Shown in pieces: positions 25,186-34,785 of a stretch of 64,000 bases of DNA. The position numbers were made by a program, and so were the translations under genes. Under the pieces are notes generated by a model, which saw only the letters and a program-made list of their open reading frames with translations, was not told the origin of the DNA and did no database searches. This stretch comes from a virus (lineage: Duplodnaviria > Caudoviricetes), in IMG/VR virus record IMGVR_UViG_3300043423_000073, positions 64,001 to 128,000 of that record; one strand, given 5' to 3'. Numbering within the stretch: the stretch's first letter is position 1; each line of letters begins with the position of its first letter.

Positions 25186-25456
25186 CCTGCTGGTCCGTGT
25201 AATCCAGCTTTTCGTGTACTTGACGACCTCAAGTTGAACTTCCATGTGTTCTGCACTGAATGACTAGACAACCCCAGCAAGGTGGTTGCTACCGGCTTTG
25301 TAGTTCACGCTTCAGGACCAGAAGCTGGTGCGAGGCTATTTTGACACTAGGCCTTTATTGTGGACTTGCCCGAGCCTTGTGCTCAGAGACTGGTCTCTCT
25401 CAGTCTACACCTGTTTCAGGATAAGGTCATGACATTCACTCAACTGGAGAAGTAAC

Positions 25457-25687
25457 ATGCAACTCGAAGATGGCAAAACTTACGTCACTGGTTATGGCGA
25501 GAAGGTAACCGTGAGACGAAGACACCTCACCGTTTGGGGCGACCCGCGCTATCCTTTTATTAGCGACTCGGGTGCCACTTACACTGAAAGCGGCGACCGC
25601 CTTATCGCAATGCCCTCAAGGATGGACTTGGTTTCACTGTGGGAAGACCCTGCAACAGATAAGCCAACACAAGGAGAAACAAAATGA
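25457..25687 (+). CDS. Stand-alone GKTY...DLVS domain protein
   Basis: MQLEDGKTY...YPF...TYTESG...DLVS...GETK. Confidence 0.7.
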   Translation: MQLEDGKTYVTGYGEKVTVRRRHLTVWGDPRYPFISDSGATYTESGDRLIAMPSRMDLVSLWEDPATDKPTQGETK

Positions 25688-25920
25688 AACTTGAGCATGG
25701 CAAAACCTACCTCAACGGCTACGGGCAGCAGATCCAGGTTTTTCAAATTCATGAACCGGATTCTCCATACCGTTTTACCGACGGTACCTGGACCTACACC
25801 GAAGACGGTGCGTGGTGTCAACGCCCTACTCGCTGGGACTTGGTGTCAGAGGCACCAATGCAAGGTCGCACGGACCCGGTTAGTCCACAAACTCAGACTT
25901 TGCTTGACCTCAGCGTATGA
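25684..25920 (+). CDS. Stand-alone HGKTY...DLVS domain protein
   Basis: MKLEHGKTY...TYTEDGAW...DLVSE. Confidence 0.7.
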   Translation: MKLEHGKTYLNGYGQQIQVFQIHEPDSPYRFTDGTWTYTEDGAWCQRPTRWDLVSEAPMQGRTDPVSPQTQTLLDLSV

Positions 25921-26249
25921 CTGACGAAACCTCGCCTTGGTACAAAGGCGTTTTGCGACACAGCTTCGGCAGTGCGCAGACCGGCCACCCTGTGGCCTAC
26001 AAGTTTCTTGGTACCACCCGCTACGGCCCAACCTGGGCCCTAAAGTTTAAGGGTGCCAAGGGATTCAATCAGGTCACGCAAGAGTACGCAGGTAAAAACT
26101 GCATGGGTCTTTTGTTAGGCAAGGTACTCCTAAATGACGCCTCCCAAAAGCTTGGTGATAGGCGCCTCACGCAGTGGCTTGCCGCGCATAACGCGCTCAA
26201 GGCTGACAAAACTACTAAGCCCTCTCGAAAAACACGTAAAAACCCCTAA
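25917..26249 (+). CDS. Hypothetical protein
   Basis: 110 aa with ATGA coupling. Confidence 0.55.
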   Translation: MTDETSPWYKGVLRHSFGSAQTGHPVAYKFLGTTRYGPTWALKFKGAKGFNQVTQEYAGKNCMGLLLGKVLLNDASQKLGDRRLTQWLAAHNALKADKTTKPSRKTRKNP

Positions 26250-26315
26250 AAATCGGTGTTTTTTTCGCTTAAAAGGGCTTAAAACACCCGAAAAATGCAG
26301 AAATTAGCGTTTTAA

Positions 26316-26368
26316 GTAGGTTTTTCGTGTATAATTAAGTTACCGGGAGGTAGGAATACCTATGCCTG
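26316..26368 (+). promoter_or_regulatory. Repeated promoter-leader element, copy 2
   Basis: Same gtaggtttttcgtgTATAAT...gtaggaatacctatgcctg block. Confidence 0.75.
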
Positions 26369-26433
26369 TAATTGTTATCCCTTCCCTGACCCCTTCCCCG
26401 ACCCTCAACCAAACCTCACACAAGGAGATTGAA

Positions 26434-26859
26434 ATGTTAAAGACCATGCCTGGCTACGCCTACCACGCAGATGGATTCGAAGTGCGCATCCGCATCAGTC
26501 AAAAGCGCATCACTGAGTTCCGCAAGTCATTGCGTGGACGCAACTTTGAAAAGATGCTCGACATTCTCGATCAAGGCCACGGTTGGTGGCAGGTCACTGT
26601 TCGTGGTGACGGTACCTGCCCTGTTACGCGTCTCCCTGGTATCTTTAGCCGGGCCCACCTAAATTGGTTAGCTGAGCTTAATCAGCAAACGCTTACCGCG
26701 GTTAACGAGCAGTCCGCAGCCAACAAGGTTGTGGTGCTCAAGTCGAATGCCTTACGCGAGTTGCGGCTCTTGCCTGCATCGCAGCAAGTGCTGGCACCGA
26801 AGAGCCCACCGCAGTTAAGTGAGAACAAGCTTGCCATGTTGCAAGCACGGTTTCGTTAA
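26434..26859 (+). CDS. Hypothetical protein
   Basis: Start follows the ccaaacctcacacaaggaga leader. Confidence 0.65.
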   Translation: MLKTMPGYAYHADGFEVRIRISQKRITEFRKSLRGRNFEKMLDILDQGHGWWQVTVRGDGTCPVTRLPGIFSRAHLNWLAELNQQTLTAVNEQSAANKVVVLKSNALRELRLLPASQQVLAPKSPPQLSENKLAMLQARFR

Positions 26860-26924
26860 CTTTTCCTGTTCCCTCGTAAATCAATCCAATCCGATCCAAC
26901 CTAACCTCACACAAGGCCCATCAA

Positions 26925-27335
26925 GTGATACACCTCACTCCACAAAATTGCCACAAGCAAAACGCCCTCTGCAACATTTTGCGTGAGAAGCTCAAGTTCA
27001 ATGAGTTTGCGCTCATTGCCGCCGACCTCAGCTTGGACGAGGTAAACGCCCTTTTGGCTTTACCAGAAGTTGACACGCCATGTCGTATACGTCGCGCACG
27101 CAATCGCTCAGGCTCTGCCTTTGACCAGCAGTCTGAGCCGGGCTTGGTCGCAGGCTTCATGCGTTCCAGTGACACAAGTATCAAGGTGCTCGTTATCTAC
27201 ACTGAGCGCTACGACGAAGAGGACGCCACAGGCCGACAGTGGGGCTTTGTTGACGTGGTGCAGGTAGGCCACCACCCAGCTTGCAAGACAAAGCCTGCGC
27301 CTAAAAGCAAAGCAGCAGCTACGCGCAAAATTTAA
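26925..27335 (+). CDS. Hypothetical protein
   Basis: Follows a variant leader repeat; GTG start. Confidence 0.55.
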   Translation: MIHLTPQNCHKQNALCNILREKLKFNEFALIAADLSLDEVNALLALPEVDTPCRIRRARNRSGSAFDQQSEPGLVAGFMRSSDTSIKVLVIYTERYDEEDATGRQWGFVDVVQVGHHPACKTKPAPKSKAAATRKI

Positions 27336-27360
27336 CCAAACCTCACACAAGGAGATCGAA

Positions 27361-28008
27361 ATGAAAAAGTACACACAGGAAGAATTTGATGCACTGCCGG
27401 TAGTTGACGGCGGCAAAACTTGTCCGACCGGCGACTACTCGGCAATTTCAAAATTCCCATATCGTTGCCACTTCGGCGAGCAGTGCCGCTTCGGAATGCA
27501 ATGCAGCTTCGGAATGCAATGCAGCTTCGGAGAGCGGGCAAGCTTCGGAGAGCGGGCAAGCTTCGGAGAGCGGGCAAGCTTCGGAATGCAATGCCGCTTC
27601 GGAGAGCGGGCAAGCTTCAGCAAGGGATGCCGCTTCGGAATGCAATGCAGCTTCGGAGAGTGGACAAGCTTCGGAATGCAATGCAGCTTCGGCGAGAGGG
27701 CAAGCTTCGGAATGCAATGCGGCTTCGGAGCGTGGTGCAGTTTTGAGGGCCATGCAGCCAAGCCATGCACCCGCCTCCCCGTAATGAGCATTGGCGGGGC
27801 AGGTGCACTCGGACGCACAACGTATTTTTTCAACACCGAAGACGGCATCATTGTCCGATCGGGGTGTTTTAAAGGCACACTGGCAGAATTTCGCGCAAAA
27901 GTTTTGGCCGACGTTCGTGGCGACAAAACCAAAATCAAAGCGCTGCAATATCTCGGTTTTGCAAACATCGTCGCCGCGACGTGGTTGCCCGAGCAGGTAG
28001 AAGTATGA
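27361..28008 (+). CDS. Hexapeptide-repeat (beta-helix) protein
   Basis: Fifteen 18-nt units (FGERAS/FGMQCS) at 27472-27741; C-terminal RTTYFF...SGCFKGTLAEF domain. Confidence 0.8.
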   Translation: MKKYTQEEFDALPVVDGGKTCPTGDYSAISKFPYRCHFGEQCRFGMQCSFGMQCSFGERASFGERASFGERASFGMQCRFGERASFSKGCRFGMQCSFGEWTSFGMQCSFGERASFGMQCGFGAWCSFEGHAAKPCTRLPVMSIGGAGALGRTTYFFNTEDGIIVRSGCFKGTLAEFRAKVLADVRGDKTKIKALQYLGFANIVAATWLPEQVEV

Positions 28009-28054
28009 CATTTCTCTGTCAAATCCCAACCAAACCTCACACAAGGAGATTGAA

Positions 28055-28351
28055 ATGAAAAAGTACGAACTCGTAAAAACAGATGCGATCGAGGTAAGAG
28101 ATAAGACGCTTTATCGCATTCGCGCCCTGCAAAGCTTTGCTACCATAGCGGCCGGTGAGCTCGGTGGCTACATTCAAGGCGAAGCGAACCTTTCGCATGA
28201 AGGTAACGCCTGGGTATTTGACGATGCCTTGGTTTACGGCAAAGCACACCTCTCCGGCAACGTCCAAATCTTCGACACGGTTAGGGTTTACGGTAAGGCC
28301 GCGCTCTCCGGCAACTTACGTATCTTCGGTGAGGCCGAAGTCTTCGTCTGA
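28055..28351 (+). CDS. Phage hexapeptide-repeat (LbetaH-like) protein
   Basis: MKKYEL...LYRIRAL...GELGGYI...NLSHEGNAWV followed by VYGxA repeats. Confidence 0.8.
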   Translation: MKKYELVKTDAIEVRDKTLYRIRALQSFATIAAGELGGYIQGEANLSHEGNAWVFDDALVYGKAHLSGNVQIFDTVRVYGKAALSGNLRIFGEAEVFV

Positions 28352-28416
28352 ACCTGCATGGTTAGCACCATTAAAATAACCCAAATCCCAACCAAACCTC
28401 ACACAAGGAGTATTCC

Positions 28417-28974
28417 ATGTCTCTCACGCTCAAAGCTGCCACTCGCTTCCTCAAGATGAATTGTGGCCTCCGCAGCTTCACGCAGATTCCCAACGCCCGA
28501 GAAGGCAACCTGTGCTTCAAGGCCGAAATCACACCGCTCTTTATTGAGTCGGTTTCTACCTACCAGCTTATCGCGCATGACCCGCATCGTGACCTCGTGG
28601 TTTACGTTGACACTGCCTCCGACATTGCAATTCGTATTGCAGCGACGGGCCGCATCGTCTTATGCAGCGCCGCCAAGCACGCACACCGCATGGTCAAGGC
28701 GACGGACGCAAGCAAGTTGCGCTTGCTGGCCAAAGCCCTCGCTCCTCGTGAGGCTTCGGTTACCCAGAAGAAGGCCAAAGGCACGGCTGCCACCTATCAA
28801 GCCAAGGAGTTCTTTCAGCGAGGTATCGCCGCCTACCGCGCCGCTGCCAAGGCGCGTGGTTACAAGGTGGTCAAGTCGCCCACAGGCCTCCTTGAAGCCT
28901 TTGGCGCGGAAGACGGTAAGCTGCGTGGACGTTACGATCACGCAAAAGAGAAGAACGCAGGTTGGTTGAAATGA
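28417..28974 (+). CDS. Hypothetical basic protein
   Basis: 185 aa after the leader repeat. Confidence 0.65.
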   Translation: MSLTLKAATRFLKMNCGLRSFTQIPNAREGNLCFKAEITPLFIESVSTYQLIAHDPHRDLVVYVDTASDIAIRIAATGRIVLCSAAKHAHRMVKATDASKLRLLAKALAPREASVTQKKAKGTAATYQAKEFFQRGIAAYRAAAKARGYKVVKSPTGLLEAFGAEDGKLRGRYDHAKEKNAGWLK

Positions 28975-29297
28975 AAAGAAAGAAAAGCGCAAAAGATTTA
29001 AAGCTTGCAGAAGAAGAACGCAGACTTCTCGAAAAGTGGGAAAAGCTGCCCAAGTTTGCTTTTCGCCAGCATCACGAAAAACCGTCAAAAACGCTTGAAT
29101 ATCGCCTCGGCTCTCCGCCTGGGCGTGCGTTGGCGGAGCAGCCTTCTTTGGCTACGCCCGGTGGTTCTACATCTACTGTAAATAATATGAGATACACAGG
29201 AAACAATGTACTTGGTGTTTGCGTAATGCACAAATCAAGTCTTGTCCCCGTCTTCTCAGCAGAAGATGCAACCGACATAGCAAGAATGCGCCGATGA
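28971..29297 (+). CDS. Conserved phage hypothetical protein
   Basis: YTGNNVLGVCVMHKSSLVPVFS...DIARMRR is a motif I recognise from large phages. Confidence 0.65.
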   Translation: MKRKKSAKDLKLAEEERRLLEKWEKLPKFAFRQHHEKPSKTLEYRLGSPPGRALAEQPSLATPGGSTSTVNNMRYTGNNVLGVCVMHKSSLVPVFSAEDATDIARMRR

Positions 29298-29623
29298 CTG
29301 AAAACAACACCCAAACCCACAATCAAGCTCAACCCCAAGGCAATCGCAAAGTCAAGCAACACTTCAAAACCCCTGACCTTACCGTAGGCGAGCTTCTTCA
29401 GTTCGACAGCACAATGGTGCATCAAATTCAAACCGGGCCGAAACTTTCATTCTTTCGGCCCGCGTTGCGAATGAACTCTGACCGACAGCTTGTCCCTAAC
29501 ACTGAACGTGTTGGCCACCTCATCTTTTTGGAAGACTATTTTGATGGAGCTAGCAGTTGTAGCATCACCGAACGCAGCGGGCGCGTCTCAAAAGCAAAAG
29601 TTGTTGCTTTACCGATCGCGTAA
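29294..29623 (+). CDS. Hypothetical protein
   Basis: ATGA-coupled start MTENN. Confidence 0.55.
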   Translation: MTENNTQTHNQAQPQGNRKVKQHFKTPDLTVGELLQFDSTMVHQIQTGPKLSFFRPALRMNSDRQLVPNTERVGHLIFLEDYFDGASSCSITERSGRVSKAKVVALPIA

Positions 29624-30203
29624 GGCCAAGCTTGCAGCCTCCAAAGAGGCGTGCGAAGAAGCCTTTAACCATTTTGCAATCACAGCGTTTCCCGAACTCA
29701 TAAAGGAGATTACCCAATTACGCACACACATTCGTAACATTACCAAGACCGGTGTACCTCGAACAGAGGCGCAGGAAGAAACGAACAGGGTTTCGCTAAA
29801 GGGCGAGCAACTAGCCTCTGCCGAAGCCGAACTGCTCGCCAAAGCTTGGCGGCAGGCGCGGTCAAGGCATCACCCTGATCGTGGCGGTTGCCCTTCGCTC
29901 TTCAACGAAGCCGTAAAGGCCTACAAAGACGGCAACTTGAAGCTTTTAACCGAGCTTGCTCTCTGGACGTCCTTGCCTGACGATTACTGGTCCACGCAGC
30001 TTGGCCTGATTCGGGTCGAAGAACAAAAGCTCGAGGCGTCGCCTATGTGGCGCATCTATCTGCAAATCGTTTCTTGCATGAGACAAGGCTCGCGGCCTAG
30101 TGCTGCTGTTTCTAGTCTTGTACAAGAGATTCTCTCTGAGGTTATCCTCAATCTTCAAACGGAGGCTATCAATGCCATTTCCCCACAAAAAACCGGCAGC
30201 TAA
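29544..30203 (+). CDS. J-domain-like protein
   Basis: KAWRQARSRHHPDRGG..LFNEAVKAY contains the HPD motif. Confidence 0.65.
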   Translation: MELAVVASPNAAGASQKQKLLLYRSRKAKLAASKEACEEAFNHFAITAFPELIKEITQLRTHIRNITKTGVPRTEAQEETNRVSLKGEQLASAEAELLAKAWRQARSRHHPDRGGCPSLFNEAVKAYKDGNLKLLTELALWTSLPDDYWSTQLGLIRVEEQKLEASPMWRIYLQIVSCMRQGSRPSAAVSSLVQEILSEVILNLQTEAINAISPQKTGS

Positions 30204-30870
30204 ATCTGCCACCGCCACTGCCGCCCCAGCAGCCAAGAAGCCGCCAGTCGCTGCTCCAGCCAAGCGGGGTTTCCCTGCTCGCAAAACAGGCACTGCTGCT
30301 AAGCGTCCTGCCCGCAAGCCCTTGCCTACTTGGAAGGTGCCTGTTGACTTCAAGCCGCACTTTCTCCTCGTGACATTCCGCACAGAGGCAGACGGCCTTA
30401 TCGGCAGCCGCTTCAAAGCTGTTCGTTACGTTGGCCGCTTTGCGGAAGACGCTGACGACAAGAAGAAGTTTGACATCATGTCCTACGACCCGCAAACGCT
30501 TGCCGCGATTCAGGGCCGCATGAGCAGCACAATGTTCAAAGCGTCCAATGACAAAAAGTTTTCGGCAGCGCCGAAAGCGCGAGCAGGCGAAAAGGGCGGC
30601 ATGCGGTTGCCTGCCAAAACTGTTTTCTCGGCGCTCATCCGCGTTGGCAAAAAGACAGCAGAAGGCACATTGACCGCTCGTATCCCAGCCGTCTTCCAGC
30701 ACATCAAGAACGAAAAGACTGGCAAAGTCCGCATGACTCCTTTGGAGAAGACGGACCCGGCCTATCGTTTGATTCGTCGCGCTTCGCGCATTCTGCCTGG
30801 CGCCTTTGATCAGTGTTTGATGCCGCCGAAACGCACGCGCACTCGCTCATCGGACGCTGACGAAGAGTAA
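30172..30870 (+). CDS. Basic hypothetical protein, possibly nucleic-acid binding
   Basis: KKPAA-rich N-terminus and acidic tip. Confidence 0.7.
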   Translation: MPFPHKKPAAKSATATAAPAAKKPPVAAPAKRGFPARKTGTAAKRPARKPLPTWKVPVDFKPHFLLVTFRTEADGLIGSRFKAVRYVGRFAEDADDKKKFDIMSYDPQTLAAIQGRMSSTMFKASNDKKFSAAPKARAGEKGGMRLPAKTVFSALIRVGKKTAEGTLTARIPAVFQHIKNEKTGKVRMTPLEKTDPAYRLIRRASRILPGAFDQCLMPPKRTRTRSSDADEE

Positions 30871-30952
30871 CTGTAAATAACCAGAGTAGGCAGGTTTGGT
30901 GCTCCTGTCAACTCTTTCCTTTCTGCACCGTTTTCATTTTCAAGGTTTTACT

Positions 30953-31837
30953 ATGCCGAAACAAATCGCCCGTGCCGCCGCCGCAAAACGCAACGTCGTT
31001 CGCAAAGCTCCTGCCCGAACCGCCAAAGCTGCTCCCACCCGCGCCGCCAAGGCCAAGCCCGCTGCCAAGGCAGTTCGTCAAAAGACTGTTGTGTCCGCAG
31101 GCATTCAAGTGGCCCTCCAGACCATCTTGACCGTCACCGCAAACAAGTTGGTCAACAAGGGCAACTACTACCTGGCCGACGGTCAGGTGATTCTGAAAAG
31201 CAGCATCCAGTACCAAGTGGGCAACACCATTGGCTATCACGCCACTGTCATCTTGGGTACCACAGAAAACATTGACACCAAAGACGGCGTCATTGTCTTC
31301 AAGACTGAAGACGGCACCCCCGTCATTGTGCGTGAAGCCGCCGCCTTGGTGACTGTCCACGGTGCCGCCGCTCCTGCTGAGGCGCCGGAGGAAGATGACG
31401 AGGACGACGAAGAAGCTGATGCCGACATGGAAGACGAAGACGACGAGGACGAAGCGCCCGCCAAGTCCAAGTCCAAGGCCAAAGCCAAGAAGAAACCAGT
31501 CGTTGCCGACGATGAGGACGATGAGGACGAAGACGAAGACGAAGACGATGAAGAAGAGGGTGACGACGAGTTCGGCGACGACGACGAGGACGAAGCGCCC
31601 GTCAAGTCGAAGGCCAAGGCCAAGAAGAAGCCAGTCGTGACAGATGACGACGAGGACGAAGACGACGAGGACGAGGACGACGAGTTCGGCGACGACGAGG
31701 AAGAGGACGAAGAGCCTGCTCCCAAAAAGAAGAAGCCGGTCGCCAAGAAAGGCAAGAAGCCTGCCGCGGACGACGAGGACGATGAAGACGACGAAGGTGA
31801 GGACGAGGACGAGGACGACGAGTTCGACTTCAACTGA
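30953..31837 (+). CDS. Protein with a long alternating acidic/basic disordered tail
   Basis: D/E tracts alternating with KKKPV blocks; ends DDEFDFN. Confidence 0.8.
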   Translation: MPKQIARAAAAKRNVVRKAPARTAKAAPTRAAKAKPAAKAVRQKTVVSAGIQVALQTILTVTANKLVNKGNYYLADGQVILKSSIQYQVGNTIGYHATVILGTTENIDTKDGVIVFKTEDGTPVIVREAAALVTVHGAAAPAEAPEEDDEDDEEADADMEDEDDEDEAPAKSKSKAKAKKKPVVADDEDDEDEDEDEDDEEEGDDEFGDDDEDEAPVKSKAKAKKKPVVTDDDEDEDDEDEDDEFGDDEEEDEEPAPKKKKPVAKKGKKPAADDEDDEDDEGEDEDEDDEFDFN

Positions 31838-31851
31838 TCGATTGACGTAGA

Positions 31852-31877
31852 AAGATGGGGCAAGCTTGCCCCATCTT
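31852..31877 (+). terminator. Terminator, perfect 26-bp palindrome
   Basis: aagatggggcaagcttgccccatctt followed by ctgttt. Confidence 0.7.
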
Positions 31878-31896
31878 CTGTTTAGGAGTCTCGATC

Positions 31897-32181
31897 ATGA
31901 GTCAAATTGACTATCTTGGGCTTTACAGCGAAAAGTGTTTACGTTGCGCTCACCTTGTCGAAGGCGCAACAAAAAAGTACAAGCAGTGCTTCACTGACCG
32001 AAACCCGGAATGCCCGGCCTCGGAAGTTCGCATTGTCTTTACTGGGCTTGCTCAGAGGTGTGCCAAAGAAGTTCGGGCCGCCCGAGCCAAAGGTGACCTC
32101 GCACGAGAAGCAAGAGTGTTAGCCTACGCTGCCTCTCGGGGCAAAATCTTTGAACAGAAATTCTTGGAGTCTTTGAAATGA
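31897..32181 (+). CDS. Small Cys-rich hypothetical protein
   Basis: CLRC...C...CPA; AGGAG ribosome-binding site. Confidence 0.6.
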   Translation: MSQIDYLGLYSEKCLRCAHLVEGATKKYKQCFTDRNPECPASEVRIVFTGLAQRCAKEVRAARAKGDLAREARVLAYAASRGKIFEQKFLESLK

Positions 32182-32930
32182 GCCACTCTGCTCTCACCGT
32201 GTTGCATTTTGTTCGCCAGCAAGGCTGGCTGATTCCAGAGGATTTTGAAACATTTTCTCAGTTGCGCGAGTTAGGCATAACAGCCTTTCGCCTTCATGAA
32301 CGGCATGTGCCCCTTCTCAAGATCGCCATCGGCAAACGCAAAATCCGAGGCAAAATCAAAAACTTTTCTCTCTTAGAGAATGACTTTCACGAAAGGTTGG
32401 GCACCGCATGGACCGCACGCTTTGGCAAGGCCACTTTGGAGCGAAACAGTATCGTCCTTAACTGCAAGGCTAGCGCAGCCGCCCGCAACGCAATCGACAA
32501 GGTTGAGACTGGCGTGCGCAACTTTTGCGCCCGTTGGGGCCTTTCGGTTACGACCGAGTTCAGCGAGGCGGGTTCGCGTTACCGCTATGTTGCCAAATAC
32601 AAATACTCGCCTGATCTGAATCCTGTTCTCCCTTATCCGACTGATGGGGCAGACAGCGTGATTTGCTTTGACCTCGGCTTCACTCGAATCGAAATCACCT
32701 TTGACGCACAGCGCCTTGTCCCTGCCTTCTCTCGCGGTGGCTTCAATGCTCGCCCCGACATTGGGCCAGCAGGAACACCTGACCACCGACTGCGGGTGTT
32801 AGTTAAATCCGCAGACAACTGGATTCCGGTTCACACTGGTTCCTTTGTTGATTCGACGGTGGGTGACATTAAGACGCTAATGCGTCTAACCTCAGAACTT
32901 GCTAACAGAGCAAAACAGCATGACGACTAA
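32178..32930 (+). CDS. Hypothetical protein
   Basis: 250 aa, coupled to the topoisomerase operon. Confidence 0.65.
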   Translation: MSHSALTVLHFVRQQGWLIPEDFETFSQLRELGITAFRLHERHVPLLKIAIGKRKIRGKIKNFSLLENDFHERLGTAWTARFGKATLERNSIVLNCKASAAARNAIDKVETGVRNFCARWGLSVTTEFSEAGSRYRYVAKYKYSPDLNPVLPYPTDGADSVICFDLGFTRIEITFDAQRLVPAFSRGGFNARPDIGPAGTPDHRLRVLVKSADNWIPVHTGSFVDSTVGDIKTLMRLTSELANRAKQHDD

Positions 32931-34785
32931 ATACGACTCATCGTCTATTCAGACACTGGCCTTCCCGGAGACAATTCGGCGAAACACCGCAATGTATGTG
33001 GGCGGCACAGACAGCTACGGCCTGTTCGTCATTCTTCGAGAGCTTCTCGACAATGCGGCAGACGAGTATTTGGCCGGACGCAATGAATACCTTGGCGTCT
33101 TTGTGCAGGACGGTGCCTACTGGGTGCAGGACGGCGGCGCAGGTGTGCCGCAAGGCGTCAAGTCTGTGGAAGTCACGGTTAACGGTAAGGCCGTGGTGTC
33201 GAAGATGGACACTATGCAGGCTGTCTTTGGTGTCCTCCACACCTCAGGTAAGTTTCAGTCGGAGGCTTACAAGGTATCCATCGGTTCTCACGGCGTTGGC
33301 GTGAAAGGGACTAACGCGACTTCACTCTACTTCAAAGTGTGGACTTGCTACAAGGGTAGCTGGTTCTCTGTTGCCTTTGAGAAGGGCAAACTCACCGAAA
33401 AGGTTGCGCCGGCAAAGGCCCCCAAGAGCCCCCTCACTGGCAAGACAATGACAAAGGGTACGCTGGTCACTTTCAAACCAGACCCTTCCATCTTTAGCGC
33501 CAAGTCGTTTCCACCTTCAATGCTCACAGAGTGGGCGGAGGTTATGAGCTACCTGTCGCCTGGTTTCAAGATTCAACTCAAGTCCTCAAAAGGCGAAAAG
33601 GTTTTTCTAAGCCAGAAGGGTCCCAAGGACTACACTGACGCGCGACTAAAGGCGTTAAAGGCCGAGTCGGAGCCCACTGTCTTTGAATTTTCAAACGAGC
33701 TGGCTGTCGTGGCCTTGGCGTTCTCCAACGCAGACGGTTGCGAAGTCCGCGGTTTCACAAACGGCCTAAACAACAGCCAGGGCGGAAAGCATGTGGACAG
33801 CGTTGTGGCTGGCATGTTCAAGGCATTAAAGCCCTATGCGGGCGCTCGACAGAGCTTCACGGTACATGACTTTAAGGACGGACTCGTTGGTCTTGTTAAC
33901 GCCAAGTTGCACAAGGCGCAGTTCAGCAGCCAGGACAAAGCAAAGCTGTCAGATGATCGCATGGGCGCAGACTTCGAGGCTTCTGTACTCGCCGCCGCCG
34001 AAAAGTTTTTCAAGGCCAATAAGGCAATGGCTGGCCGTCTTTGCGAACGTGCTTCCAAGATCGCAGACCTGAAAAACAAATTCAAGAACAATAAAAAGGT
34101 CGCAATGGCGTTGGGCAAGCTCAAGCGCAGCGGGTTGCCTCCTAACTATGCTCCTGCCCACAGGACCGTGCCTGCAAAAGATCGAGAACTGATTCTGGTA
34201 GAAGGCGCGTCCGCAGCAGGCCCTATTCGCGAGGTTCGCGGTAAGCACCAAGCTCTTCTGCCTCTGCGCGGCAAGATACTGAATGTGGCGAAGACGAAGG
34301 CCGAGCGTGCTTTGCAGAGCCAGGACATTTTGAACATTTTGGCTGCCATGGGCTTTGACCCCAAAGCCGAAGACCCTTTGAGCAAGCTTCAAGTCGGTCG
34401 CGTCATTTGCTTGGCTGACCCAGACCCTGACGGCCATCACATTAATTGCCTGCTGCTGACCTTGTTCACCAAGTATCTGCCTGGCATGTTTGATCGTGGC
34501 ATGGTCTACGTTGCAGACACGCCCGAGTTTTACGCCCTTCACAAAGGCAAGGTATTCACCGGCGACCGCTTGTCCATTGTGCATAAAAAGCTCAAGGACG
34601 CCGGTGTGAAGGCAGACATTCATCACGTTAAGGGTTGGGGCGAAGTTGATTCGCAAGTGGTCAAGCTGTGGGCGGTTGACTCGGTCACGCGGCGTCTGAT
34701 TAAGATCAACCCGCTTGCTACCTCAGACACCGAGCAGTTCGGTAAACTGATGGGTGCATCAATGGAGGTAGAAAATGAAGCCTAA
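32920..34785 (+). CDS. Type IIA topoisomerase, ATPase/TOPRIM (GyrB/ParE-like) subunit
   Basis: ELLDNAADE, DGGAGVP, HTSGKF, GSHGVG, EGASA, PLRGKILN, DPDPDG. Confidence 0.95.
   Translation: MTTKYDSSSIQTLAFPETIRRNTAMYVGGTDSYGLFVILRELLDNAADEYLAGRNEYLGVFVQDGAYWVQDGGAGVPQGVKSVEVTVNGKAVVSKMDTMQAVFGVLHTSGKFQSEAYKVSIGSHGVGVKGTNATSLYFKVWTCYKGSWFSVAFEKGKLTEKVAPAKAPKSPLTGKTMTKGTLVTFKPDPSIFSAKSFPPSMLTEWAEVMSYLSPGFKIQLKSSKGEKVFLSQKGPKDYTDARLKALKAESEPTVFEFSNELAVVALAFSNADGCEVRGFTNGLNNSQGGKHVDSVVAGMFKALKPYAGARQSFTVHDFKDGLVGLVNAKLHKAQFSSQDKAKLSDDRMGADFEASVLAAAEKFFKANKAMAGRLCERASKIADLKNKFKNNKKVAMALGKLKRSGLPPNYAPAHRTVPAKDRELILVEGASAAGPIREVRGKHQALLPLRGKILNVAKTKAERALQSQDILNILAAMGFDPKAEDPLSKLQVGRVICLADPDPDGHHINCLLLTLFTKYLPGMFDRGMVYVADTPEFYALHKGKVFTGDRLSIVHKKLKDAGVKADIHHVKGWGEVDSQVVKLWAVDSVTRRLIKINPLATSDTEQFGKLMGASMEVENEA

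Noticed and set aside
25186-25455. Readthrough extension or pseudogene of 24829-25185
   Set aside because: It reads protein-like, but four in-frame stops over about 90 codons is roughly what random sequence gives.
27472-27741. CRISPR-like array
   Set aside because: The 18-nt units are contiguous with no unique spacers and encode in-frame hexapeptides; the overlapping ORFs in other frames are by-products of the repeat.
31237-31863. Antisense Ser-rich ORFs (also 60301-61212 and 60507-61004)
   Set aside because: They are shadows of the GAC/GAG low-complexity tracts on the coding strand.
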